Below, piece after piece: positions 17,262 through 24,925 of a stretch of DNA of 32,000 nt. The stretch's first letter is position 1, and each line of letters begins with the position of its first letter. The translations under genes were made by a program, and so were the position numbers. This DNA is from Candidatus Saccharimonadota bacterium (lineage in GTDB: Bacteria; Patescibacteriota; Gracilibacteria; UBA1369; 2-02-FULL-48-14): positions 570,001-602,000 of the forward strand of contig CP064962.1 of the NCBI GenBank assembly GCA_016699145.1. The letters run 5' to 3'. The notes beneath the pieces were generated by a model. The model did no database searches, was not told the DNA's origin, and worked only from the letters and a program-made list of their open reading frames with translations.

Positions 17262-17284
17262 AAAACCTCAAAAAAAACTAGAAT
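17257..17284 (+). promoter_or_regulatory. candidate promoter of the Cys-rich gene: TTTACA-16-TAGAAT
   Basis: TTTACA at 17257-17262, a 16-nt spacer, and TAGAAT at 17279-17284, about 44 nt upstream of ATG 17328. Confidence 0.45.
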
Positions 17285-17327
17285 ACGGCTGTTTAACGCA
17301 TCGTATGGATTGGATCAAACTACTCTC

Positions 17328-18905
17328 ATGAAAACCTGTACCACCTGCCAAATTTCCTTTGAAGTCAGTCCCGAAGAAGTGGCCTTTTTGGAGAAAATTT
17401 CACCCGTTTACGGAACACAAAAATTTCCAATCCCTGAGCCTGAAAAATGCCCGGATTGTCGCCTGGCACAAAGAACCATTCAAAGAAACGAGCAATACCT
17501 CTATAACAACAACGGGAAAATTGCTCTCTATCATACAGACTCCCCTTTTAGAGTGGTGACCCACGAAGAATGGTGGAGCGAAAACTGGGATGCGCTTGCT
17601 TATGGACGTAACGTGGATTTTTCAAGAAATTTCTTCGAACAAATCCAGGAAATCAATTTGCAAATCCCTCGAGTGAACTTGATCCAAGTCAGCAATGAAA
17701 ATTGCCCTTACACCACGGGAACGGCCTACAGCAAAAATTGCTACCTCATCAACTGCAGTGAAAACGACGAAGATTGTTTTTACGGCAAGTTGATTCAATC
17801 CTGCAAAGACGTGATGGACTCGGCTTACTGCTACGACAGCGAGTTTTTATACGAATGTTTTTATGTTAAGAACTGCTACAATTGCCGTTACGTGTATTAC
17901 AGCCAAAATGCCTACGACTGCTCTTTTTGCGACAACGTGGCCCGCTCGAGCAATTGCTTCCTTTGCACAGGTTTAACTGGAAAAGAATATCACTTCATGA
18001 ATCAGCCTGTTTCAAAAGAAGAGTATGCGATCAAAGTCGCCGAGGCAATGAAAGATTTAACAAAAACAAAAGCCATTTTTGACGAAATGCGTGCCCGCAG
18101 AATTTATAAATACGCCAACATTGTAAGCAGCGAAAATTCAACTGGAGACTTTTTGACAAACTGCAAAAACTGCACCGAAAGCTACGACATGAACGACAGT
18201 GAAGACTGCAAATACGTGACAGTTGGCGTGCAAGTGAAAGATTTGATAGACTGCTCCAACATGTACATCAAACCCGAGTTGAACTATCAAGTGATGGGGA
18301 CGATCGGAACTTACAATGTGATTTTTTCGACCTATATTTTCAATTCACAAAATGTAGCCTACAGCCAATTTTGCTACAACTCTAAAGATCTATTTGGATG
18401 CGTGGGACTGCGAAACAAACAGTATTGCATTTTGAACAAGCAGTACACAAAAGAAGAGTACGAAACCTTAGTCCCCAAAGTCATCGCTTTGATGGGCAGT
18501 GATTTTGGAAAATTCTTCCCTGCCAAGCATTCAGCCTTTGCCTACAATGAAACTGTGGCCAACGACTATGTGCCTCTAACGCGAGAACAAGCCCTGGCCC
18601 AAGGTTATCGATGGCGCGAAAAAGACATGAAAGAGTATCAACCCGCTCACGGAGACCGCTTGGCTTGCGAGAGCTGCGGAAAAAACTACAAACCGATTCC
18701 TCAAGAAATCGCTCGTCTCAAAGAATTCCCGGTGCCAAGCAAATGCCCAGACTGTAGACACATGACACGGATGCGCTTACGCAATCCCCACAAGATTTAC
18801 TTACGCAACTGTTCAAAATGCAAGGGCCCCATGAATTCAACCTTTGCACCCGAAAGACCTGAAACCGTTTACTGCGAAAAGTGTTACCTGGCAGAGCTCT
18901 ATTGA
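17328..18905 (+). CDS. cysteine-rich, internally duplicated zinc-ribbon protein of unknown function (525 aa, 32 Cys)
   Basis: The terminal modules are CxxC...CPDCR (N-terminus) and CESC...CPDCR...CSKC...CEKC (C-terminus). Two central Cys-ladder blocks each end in C(T/V)GL..K.Y....N...(S/T)KEEY. ATG 17328 is preferred over TTG 17310. Confidence 0.75.
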   Translation: MKTCTTCQISFEVSPEEVAFLEKISPVYGTQKFPIPEPEKCPDCRLAQRTIQRNEQYLYNNNGKIALYHTDSPFRVVTHEEWWSENWDALAYGRNVDFSRNFFEQIQEINLQIPRVNLIQVSNENCPYTTGTAYSKNCYLINCSENDEDCFYGKLIQSCKDVMDSAYCYDSEFLYECFYVKNCYNCRYVYYSQNAYDCSFCDNVARSSNCFLCTGLTGKEYHFMNQPVSKEEYAIKVAEAMKDLTKTKAIFDEMRARRIYKYANIVSSENSTGDFLTNCKNCTESYDMNDSEDCKYVTVGVQVKDLIDCSNMYIKPELNYQVMGTIGTYNVIFSTYIFNSQNVAYSQFCYNSKDLFGCVGLRNKQYCILNKQYTKEEYETLVPKVIALMGSDFGKFFPAKHSAFAYNETVANDYVPLTREQALAQGYRWREKDMKEYQPAHGDRLACESCGKNYKPIPQEIARLKEFPVPSKCPDCRHMTRMRLRNPHKIYLRNCSKCKGPMNSTFAPERPETVYCEKCYLAELY

Positions 18906-18919
18906 TCCGGCTCCAGCCC

Positions 18920-19783
18920 CTACTCTTCCAAAAGCCCACTCACATACCACCGCATGAGATTCCAATTGCTGTTCTTGGGCTGCAAAGTATCGATGGCAAA
19001 GGTGTCTTTACAGGTTTCTGGCTTGGTTTCATCTTCACAAATCCTGATGGGATGAGAAGTCACGTAATCCACAGGCACAGGCACTGCCGATAAAACATTG
19101 ACCGTAGAGATCACATTGCCTCCATCGATTTCATAATTTTGATACTTCAAAACGTATTGCGTGGCCTGCGCCAAAGTGATGTCTGTTTCCAAGGCACCCA
19201 AAATCGTGGTCATGAGATCGAACAAAGTCGCGGCATCCTCCACACCCAAGCTTCTAAACTTATCTTGAATTCCTTGTAAAATGAGCTGCTGACGTTCCGC
19301 GCGAGAATAGTCCGACGTGGTGTGTCTAGAACGAGCCACGCGCAACGCCTCAGTTCCATCCAAATGATGCAGCCCCGCTTCATAGTACAAAGTCGAGCAA
19401 ACATCTCCATCGCAAACCTTATAAGTGGGGTCGATGAGATCCTCTTTCAAAGTCACATCAATGCCTCCCAATTCATTCACAATATCGCGGAAAACATACA
19501 TGTCCACCAAAGCATAATGCTGAATCTTATAACCCACCACATCTTCCACCGCTGCGAGCTGAGCCAAGACCCCTTTCCCAGCATAAATGCTGTTGATTTT
19601 TCTATTCTGATAATAAAGATCACGAGGAATACTGACCAAAACCACCTTCCCATCGACAGAGTCGACATGCGCAAAAATCATGGTGTCCACATTGGAACCA
19701 TGCTTCCCCATCAATAAAACATTCAAATTGTTAGGGTCATCAACGAGCTCAACATAGTCCGGGACGAAACTGGGGAGGTCCAA
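18920..19783 (-). CDS. LytR-CpsA-Psr (LCP) family domain, probably the C-terminal part of a frameshifted longer gene
   Basis: NVLLMGKHGSNVDTMIFAHVD...VSIPRDLYY...KINSIYA...GYKIQHYALVDMYVFRDIVNELGGIDV...LDGTEALRVARSRH...DYSRAERQQ is the LCP core. It has only a TTG start and no TM or signal peptide of its own. Confidence 0.8.
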   Translation of the reverse strand: MDLPSFVPDYVELVDDPNNLNVLLMGKHGSNVDTMIFAHVDSVDGKVVLVSIPRDLYYQNRKINSIYAGKGVLAQLAAVEDVVGYKIQHYALVDMYVFRDIVNELGGIDVTLKEDLIDPTYKVCDGDVCSTLYYEAGLHHLDGTEALRVARSRHTTSDYSRAERQQLILQGIQDKFRSLGVEDAATLFDLMTTILGALETDITLAQATQYVLKYQNYEIDGGNVISTVNVLSAVPVPVDYVTSHPIRICEDETKPETCKDTFAIDTLQPKNSNWNLMRWYVSGLLEE

Positions 19784-20946
19784 AGTTTTTTTTTACTCGA
19801 GAACTCAAGCAGCTGCACCGCCGTCACCAAACCTTGAGTGTCTTGTCCATCGGACAGGCTGACTTTCACTTCCCCTGTAGACTTGTCCAAAATTAAAAGA
19901 CGCAAGACAGCGCCCCCGGCATTCACAATAGGATACTGAATGGCCGTCTCTGTTTCCGTAGCAGAGCCCACGCTCAAACCCGCATTTTTCAAAGAGGCCT
20001 TAAAAGCAGGATCTTCCAAAACTTCGGCAATTTTAGCTTTCTGCTCATCCACTTTCTTCTGTAGTGCCGTGCGGGCATCCATTGCAGTGAATAAAGCGAG
20101 CAAGTCTTCTTGCACTTCAGCCACCGAAGCTCCGCTCAACTCCTCGGCAGGGGCCTGGGTGCTGCACACCAGCTGCGCATTCTTCTTTAGAACCTCACAT
20201 TCTGCAATAGGAGTGGCCTCCGAATTTTGAAAAACAATCACATAAGATCCCAGTTGATCCGCTTCAGGAAGCACTTTAAGTGATTTTTCCATCACAAGCG
20301 TTTGAAAATCTTGCCCGAGAATAAAAATGGACAAAGCTGTGCGCTGCGCGTTGACCTTTTGAACAGTGCTTCTCAACGTGTCCAAGTCCGTGTCCAGATG
20401 AGCCTTCACTTCAACGATGGAACTGTCCACCGACTGTCCATCGCTAAGCTCAAATTCAGACCCATAAACGTGTACCTCCACCTTGCCATCGTAAGCCAAA
20501 GAAAGAGTCAACAAAGGCACATTGCCCACACTGGCATCTAAAAAGATGTAGTCCAAGTCTTGCTCTGTATAAGTGCCCTGTGGGTTGCTCAGACTCAAAC
20601 CTTTTCCATTCCAGTAAGCATCTTGCACAGCGGTCTGCAAAGCAGCCAAATTGGCTTCATAACGCGCTTTGTTTTCTTCATAGACGCCCAAATTGTTCAC
20701 AAAATCAAAAAGCAAAGTACCGAGCTCATCTTCTTCGGATTCCTCTTCACCTCCAAAAAAATCAGACAAGCCACCGCTATCTTCAGCACCTGGGCTGAGT
20801 TCGACCAGCTTCTTTTCTAAGTGAGAGATTTGAAAAAATTGAAACACAACCGCCAAAATCAAAAGCGTGAGCAGGCCTCCTTGAAGGGAGAGTTTTTTGC
20901 TTTTAACAGAGGGTTCAGGAGTGGCGGGAGTTTTCTTGGCTGACAT
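19723..20946 (-). CDS. membrane-anchored hypothetical protein, the probable N-terminal part of the LCP protein
   Basis: MSAKKTPATPEPSVKSKKLSLQGGLLTLLILAVVFQFF (one TM helix) followed by an extracytoplasmic region of about 340 aa. It ends 20 codons after an A9 tract, where the LCP frame opens. ATG 20946 is preferred over the ORF-track start at 21081. Confidence 0.6.
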   Translation of the reverse strand: MSAKKTPATPEPSVKSKKLSLQGGLLTLLILAVVFQFFQISHLEKKLVELSPGAEDSGGLSDFFGGEEESEEDELGTLLFDFVNNLGVYEENKARYEANLAALQTAVQDAYWNGKGLSLSNPQGTYTEQDLDYIFLDASVGNVPLLTLSLAYDGKVEVHVYGSEFELSDGQSVDSSIVEVKAHLDTDLDTLRSTVQKVNAQRTALSIFILGQDFQTLVMEKSLKVLPEADQLGSYVIVFQNSEATPIAECEVLKKNAQLVCSTQAPAEELSGASVAEVQEDLLALFTAMDARTALQKKVDEQKAKIAEVLEDPAFKASLKNAGLSVGSATETETAIQYPIVNAGGAVLRLLILDKSTGEVKVSLSDGQDTQGLVTAVQLLEFSSKKKLWTSPVSSRTMLSSLMTLTI

Positions 20947-21007
20947 CGGACATGAGTCTACCGCAGAGCAGAAAACTACAAAAGAGATTTTTGAATTAAA
21001 AATTCCC

Positions 21008-21036
21008 TTGCAAAAGCCAAACCGCCCATGTAGAAT
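21008..21036 (+). promoter_or_regulatory. candidate promoter of infA-rpmJ-rpsMKD-rpoA: TTGCAA-17-TAGAAT
   Basis: TTGCAA at 21008-21013, a 17-nt spacer, and TAGAAT at 21031-21036, 28 nt upstream of the infA ATG. Confidence 0.5.
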
Positions 21037-21064
21037 CCCGCTGCTTTTATCTTTAACCAGATAA

Positions 21065-21391
21065 ATGACCAAACAAGTCATTCAGATTAAAGGAATCGTC
21101 GTAGAATGTTTACCTAATGCGACATTCCGTGTGAGACTGGATGACCCTGCCTACCCGACTGACCACGTAGTGCTCTGTCACCTCTCAGGCAAGATGCGGA
21201 TCAATTACATCCGAATCATCCCGGGAGATGCGGTCACCGTCGAGTTGACACCTTACGATCTATCGAAGGGGCGTATTGTTTTCCGCCACAAGAAAGGTGG
21301 ACCTCCAATGCCTACCCAAGAGGCTCCAGCTGTAGAAGCTGCTCCTCCAGCTCCCACTGAAACTTTAGACCCTAATAGCCCGGCTCAATGA
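21065..21391 (+). CDS. infA: translation initiation factor IF-1 with an internal insert and a ~33-aa Pro/Ala-rich C-terminal tail
   Basis: [17 protein letters not shown]...[37 protein letters not shown] is the S1-like IF-1 core. The tail is [31 protein letters not shown]. Confidence 0.93.
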   Translation: MTKQVIQIKGIVVECLPNATFRVRLDDPAYPTDHVVLCHLSGKMRINYIRIIPGDAVTVELTPYDLSKGRIVFRHKKGGPPMPTQEAPAVEAAPPAPTETLDPNSPAQ

Positions 21392-21501
21392 AAGTCCGAT
21401 CCTCTGTAAAAAACATCTGTGAAAAATGCCACAAAATCCGACGCAAGGGAGTGGTGCGCATCATCTGTGAAAACCCCAAGCACAAACAACGCCAGGGTTA
21501 A
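21388..21501 (+). CDS. rpmJ: 50S ribosomal protein L36 (bL36), zinc-binding form
   Basis: This gene is not in the ORF track. My translation is [37 protein letters not shown]. Its ATG overlaps the infA stop (ATGA). Confidence 0.9.
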   Translation: MKVRSSVKNICEKCHKIRRKGVVRIICENPKHKQRQG

Positions 21502-21537
21502 CCTGACACTTTCTCTAACTGAATAAATAATCTCATT

Positions 21538-21915
21538 ATGGTCCGTCTCGCTGGAGTTCAACTGCCTATGGAAAAACGTGTGGAAGTGGGTCTCACCTAC
21601 ATTCATGGTGTGGGCCGTGCCATTTCCAAGAACATGCTGAACGAATTGAACATCCCTCTAGATAAGAAAGTGAAAGACCTCAGTGAAGATGAACTTGCTA
21701 AACTCCGCGATGCTCTCACTAAACTTCGCACCGAAGGTGATCTTCGCCGCAAAGTACAAATGGACGTCAAACGCCTGCAAGACATCGGTTCTTACCGTGG
21801 TTTCCGCCACAAAAAGCGCCTCCCCGCTCGTGGACAGCGCACCAAGACCAATGCTCGTACCAAACGTGGACGCCGTATGACCATGGGCAGTGGACGTAAG
21901 AAAGAAACCAAGTAA
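21538..21915 (+). CDS. rpsM: 30S ribosomal protein S13 (uS13)
   Basis: MVRLAGVQLPMEKRVEVGLTYIHGVGRAISKNML.... Confidence 0.96.
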   Translation: MVRLAGVQLPMEKRVEVGLTYIHGVGRAISKNMLNELNIPLDKKVKDLSEDELAKLRDALTKLRTEGDLRRKVQMDVKRLQDIGSYRGFRHKKRLPARGQRTKTNARTKRGRRMTMGSGRKKETK

Positions 21916-22024
21916 AACTCACTCCAACTATTAATTTCATTATGACCGAAGAAACCAAGACTACCGCTGCAGCAGGTGCTGCAACCGCCACAGGGACTGA
22001 ACCTGCTGGAGAAGAAAAAAGACC

Positions 22025-22393
22025 GTGCGTCGCAACAAGAGGAAAACTGTTGTGAGTGGTACAATCTATGTACAAGCCGGTTTCAACAACACCATCATCA
22101 CCTTCACTGATGCTGATGGAAAAGTGATTTCTTGGGCCACTTCTGGGTCTTGCGGATTCAAAGGATCAAAGAAGGCGACCCCCTACGCGGCGCAAATGGC
22201 CGCCGAAGCCGCCGCTGAAAAAGCCAAAGCTTATGGATTCGAACGTGGAGACGTATTTGTAAAAGGAATCGGTCATGGACGTGAACAAGCCCTTCGTGGA
22301 CTCATTGCCCAAGGCATCACCATCCTCAGGATCGTAGACACCACTCCGGTGCCTCACAACGGATGCCGTCAACCTCGCACTCGACGAGTATAA
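22025..22393 (+). CDS. rpsK: 30S ribosomal protein S11 (uS11). The GTG start is as drawn; an upstream ATG at 21942 becomes in frame if one A is added to the A6 tract.
   Basis: GTIYVQAGFNNTIITFTDADGKVISWATSGSCGFKGSKKATPYAAQMAA...TPVPHNGCRQPRTRRV. Confidence 0.9.
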   Translation: MRRNKRKTVVSGTIYVQAGFNNTIITFTDADGKVISWATSGSCGFKGSKKATPYAAQMAAEAAAEKAKAYGFERGDVFVKGIGHGREQALRGLIAQGITILRIVDTTPVPHNGCRQPRTRRV

Positions 22394-22416
22394 CTTAACT
22401 CAATAATTTAAAGCTC

Positions 22417-23031
22417 ATGTCTCGATACACTGGACCAAAAGGACGCCTCGTACGACGCTTCGGAGTCGACATCTTTGGCACCGCCAAGATGACGGCCCTT
22501 CTTGAAAAGCGCCCTCAAGGACCTGGAATGCACGGTGGAAACCGCCAAGGAAAGGCCTCCGAATACAAGAAGCAACTTTTGGAAAAGCAAAAGATGCGCC
22601 TTATGTACGGACTCACTGAAAAACAACTCCGAAACTATTACCTTAAGGCAACAACCAAGAAAGAAGCGACCGGTGTGGCTTTGCAAAAAATGCTCGAAAG
22701 CCGCCTCGACAACGTGGTGTACCGTGCAGGATTTGCAAAAACCCGCGCTCAGGCTCGTCAAATGGTGAACCACGGGATGTGGACTTTGAACGGCCGCCGC
22801 GTGAGCATTCCTTCTATGCAAGTGCACGAAAACGATGTGATTGAAGTGCGTGAAAAATCAAAAACCAGCCCCCTTTTCACCGCAGTGAAAGAGGACAAGG
22901 ATTTCGGATCTGCTCGCTGGCTCAAAGCTGAGCAAAAAGGCCTCAAAATCGAGGTGAGCTCACTTCCTGAACAGGAAGACCTCGATAAAATCATAGACAC
23001 TCAGCTCATCGTTGAGTTCTATTCCAAATAA
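22417..23031 (+). CDS. rpsD: 30S ribosomal protein S4 (uS4)
   Basis: MSRYTGPKGRLVRRFG...LESRLDNVVYRAGFAKTRAQARQMVNHG (S4 domain). Confidence 0.96.
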   Translation: MSRYTGPKGRLVRRFGVDIFGTAKMTALLEKRPQGPGMHGGNRQGKASEYKKQLLEKQKMRLMYGLTEKQLRNYYLKATTKKEATGVALQKMLESRLDNVVYRAGFAKTRAQARQMVNHGMWTLNGRRVSIPSMQVHENDVIEVREKSKTSPLFTAVKEDKDFGSARWLKAEQKGLKIEVSSLPEQEDLDKIIDTQLIVEFYSK

Positions 23032-23047
23032 TCCATAACCCGCCGAT

Positions 23048-24028
23048 ATGCACATCATTCAAGCAGAAATCGGTCTCCCAAAAATCTCAGAACAGAAGAT
23101 GGGGGACTTTCACTCCACGTTTGCTATCAGTCCTCTCCCTCAAGGTTATGGAACCACGCTCGGAAACGGACTGCGTCGTGTGATGCTTTCCTCTCTTCCT
23201 GGAGCCGCAGTGACCGGAGTCAAAATCAAAGGTGTGACTCATGAATACGCCGCTCTCAAAGGCGTAAAAGACAGCGTGCTCGACATCATGCTCAATCTGA
23301 AGCAACTGGCAGTCAGCCTCGATGGAACGACCAAGCAAACGCTCAGCCTCAAGGTGAAAACCGGAGGAATTGTGACGGCTGCGGACATCGATGCTCCTTC
23401 TGGAGTGACCATCCACAACCCAGACCTCTACATCACCACCATCGATAAAGGAGGTTCTTTGGAGATGGACATCCGCATTGAAAAAGGCGTGGGTTATCGC
23501 GCTTCTGTGATCGGTCAACACCAAGATGACGATGCCGAAATCATTGAAATCGACGCGGTATTCTCCCCATTGAAACGCATCCACTACACCGTGGAAGCCA
23601 CTCGTGTGGGTCAAGAAACCAACCTCGATAAACTGCTGCTCGAAGTGAAAACCAACGGTTCTCTCACCCCTGACGATGCGCTAAAATTCGCCGGAAAAGT
23701 CTTGGAATCTTACTTCAACATCTTCAACCGCGACGAAGCCCCTGTAGAACCTGAATTCATGAGCGATTTCGAGAAAATCGCCGCCAAAGCGAAGGCAGAA
23801 GAAGACAGCACTCGCCCTCAACAACAATCTTACACTCCCATCGAGATCCTCGGACTTTCTCCTCGAACGCTCAATGCGCTCATCAACGGAGGAATCGGCT
23901 CCATCGAAGAACTCACTCACTCCTCTGAAGCTCGCCTTTCCAACCTCCGCGGTTTTGGAAAGAAGGCTCTCACCGAAGTGGCAGACGCTCTCGAGAAGCG
24001 TGGACTCAACCTCCCCATGGAAGATTGA
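23048..24028 (+). CDS. rpoA: DNA-directed RNA polymerase subunit alpha
   Basis: PLPQGYGTTLGNGLRRVMLSSLPGAAVTGVKIKGVTHEY... and the C-terminal domain IEILGLSPRTLNALINGGIGSIEEL. Confidence 0.96.
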   Translation: MHIIQAEIGLPKISEQKMGDFHSTFAISPLPQGYGTTLGNGLRRVMLSSLPGAAVTGVKIKGVTHEYAALKGVKDSVLDIMLNLKQLAVSLDGTTKQTLSLKVKTGGIVTAADIDAPSGVTIHNPDLYITTIDKGGSLEMDIRIEKGVGYRASVIGQHQDDDAEIIEIDAVFSPLKRIHYTVEATRVGQETNLDKLLLEVKTNGSLTPDDALKFAGKVLESYFNIFNRDEAPVEPEFMSDFEKIAAKAKAEEDSTRPQQQSYTPIEILGLSPRTLNALINGGIGSIEELTHSSEARLSNLRGFGKKALTEVADALEKRGLNLPMED

Positions 24029-24057
24029 TTGACTTTACTATCCCTTTACTTTAGATT
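24029..24057 (+). promoter_or_regulatory. weak candidate promoter before rplQ: TTGACT-17-TAGATT
   Basis: TTGACT at 24029-24034 lies immediately after the rpoA stop, followed by a 17-nt spacer and TAGATT at 24052-24057. Confidence 0.3.
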
Positions 24058-24097
24058 CTTGAGCCCCGCACAAACCCGTGCGTAGCCCCCCAACGAT

Positions 24098-24451
24098 ATG
24101 CGTCACCAAAAGAAACAACTCAAGCTGAACATGCAACGCGATCACCGCGCTGCCCTCATCCGCAACCTGGCCACTTCCATCATCTTATTTGAAAAGGTGA
24201 AGACCACGGTGGCTCGTGCCAAAGCGGTGCGCCCTGTAGTGGAAGATCTCATCACCAAGGCCAAAACCAAAGACGCTCGTGAAGCAATCCGTCAAATCAA
24301 TCAAGTGGTGTTCGACAAAAATGCAACTCGCAAACTCATTGAAGTTTTGAAACCTCGCTACCAAGACCGCACAGGAGGATACACTCGCCTCGTAAAAATG
24401 GGTTTCCGCAGCGGTGACTCAGCGGCAGTCGTACAAATTCAACTCGTTTAA
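24098..24451 (+). CDS. rplQ: 50S ribosomal protein L17 (bL17)
   Basis: MRHQKKQLKLNMQRDHRAALIRNLATSII..EKVKTT.ARAKAVRP.VE.LIT. Confidence 0.96.
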   Translation: MRHQKKQLKLNMQRDHRAALIRNLATSIILFEKVKTTVARAKAVRPVVEDLITKAKTKDAREAIRQINQVVFDKNATRKLIEVLKPRYQDRTGGYTRLVKMGFRSGDSAAVVQIQLV

Positions 24452-24480
24452 CACGCACCCCGTGTGCTACACTAAAAAGT

Positions 24481-24921
24481 ATGCAAAAGACCACTCACAC
24501 AAAACTCGAAGACGCTAAAAAGTCTGAAAAATGGTACCTCATCAATGCCGATGGCAAAATTGTGGGAGACCTCGCAACCACCATTGCAACCATCATTCGT
24601 GGAAAGAATAAGCCTCTCTTCCATCCTTCCATTGCTTGTGGAGACCAAGTGGTTGTGATCAATGCTGAAAAAGTGGTTTTGACCGGAAATAAAGAGACTC
24701 AAAAGACCTACGTACACTACACCGGATTCCCCGGTGGGCTCCGCACCACAACTCCTGAAAAGCTGCGTAAAGAAAACCCTGAAAAAATTCTCGAGCTCGC
24801 AGTGAAAGGCATGGTTCCTCGAAACCGCCTTCGTAAACACGTGCTCGCTAAGCTCCATGTTTATGCAGGAACCGAGCACCCTCATGGACCTCAAAATCCA
24901 CAACCCTTAACTTTGGCTTAA
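24481..24921 (+). CDS. rplM: 50S ribosomal protein L13 (uL13)
   Basis: WYLINADGKIVGDLATTIATIIRGKNKPLFHPSIACGD.VVVINAEKV.LTGNK...Y.HYTGFPGG. Confidence 0.96.
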   Translation: MQKTTHTKLEDAKKSEKWYLINADGKIVGDLATTIATIIRGKNKPLFHPSIACGDQVVVINAEKVVLTGNKETQKTYVHYTGFPGGLRTTTPEKLRKENPEKILELAVKGMVPRNRLRKHVLAKLHVYAGTEHPHGPQNPQPLTLA

Positions 24922-24925
24922 TCCA

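Noticed and set aside
20947-21081. Upstream start (21081) for the membrane-anchored minus-strand ORF.
   Set aside because: It would overlap the infA start and the predicted infA promoter. The extra 45 aa look non-protein-like, and MSAKKTPATPEP followed by a TM helix from ATG 20946 is a natural N-terminus.
22015-22021. Classical dnaX-type A-AAA-AAG programmed -1 frameshift site in front of S11.
   Set aside because: The heptamer is in phase with the downstream S11 frame, not with the upstream ATG-21942 frame (which reads GAA-AAA-AGA), so canonical tandem slippage does not apply. The observation is kept only as a single-tRNA or transcriptional slippage candidate, or as a sequencing error.
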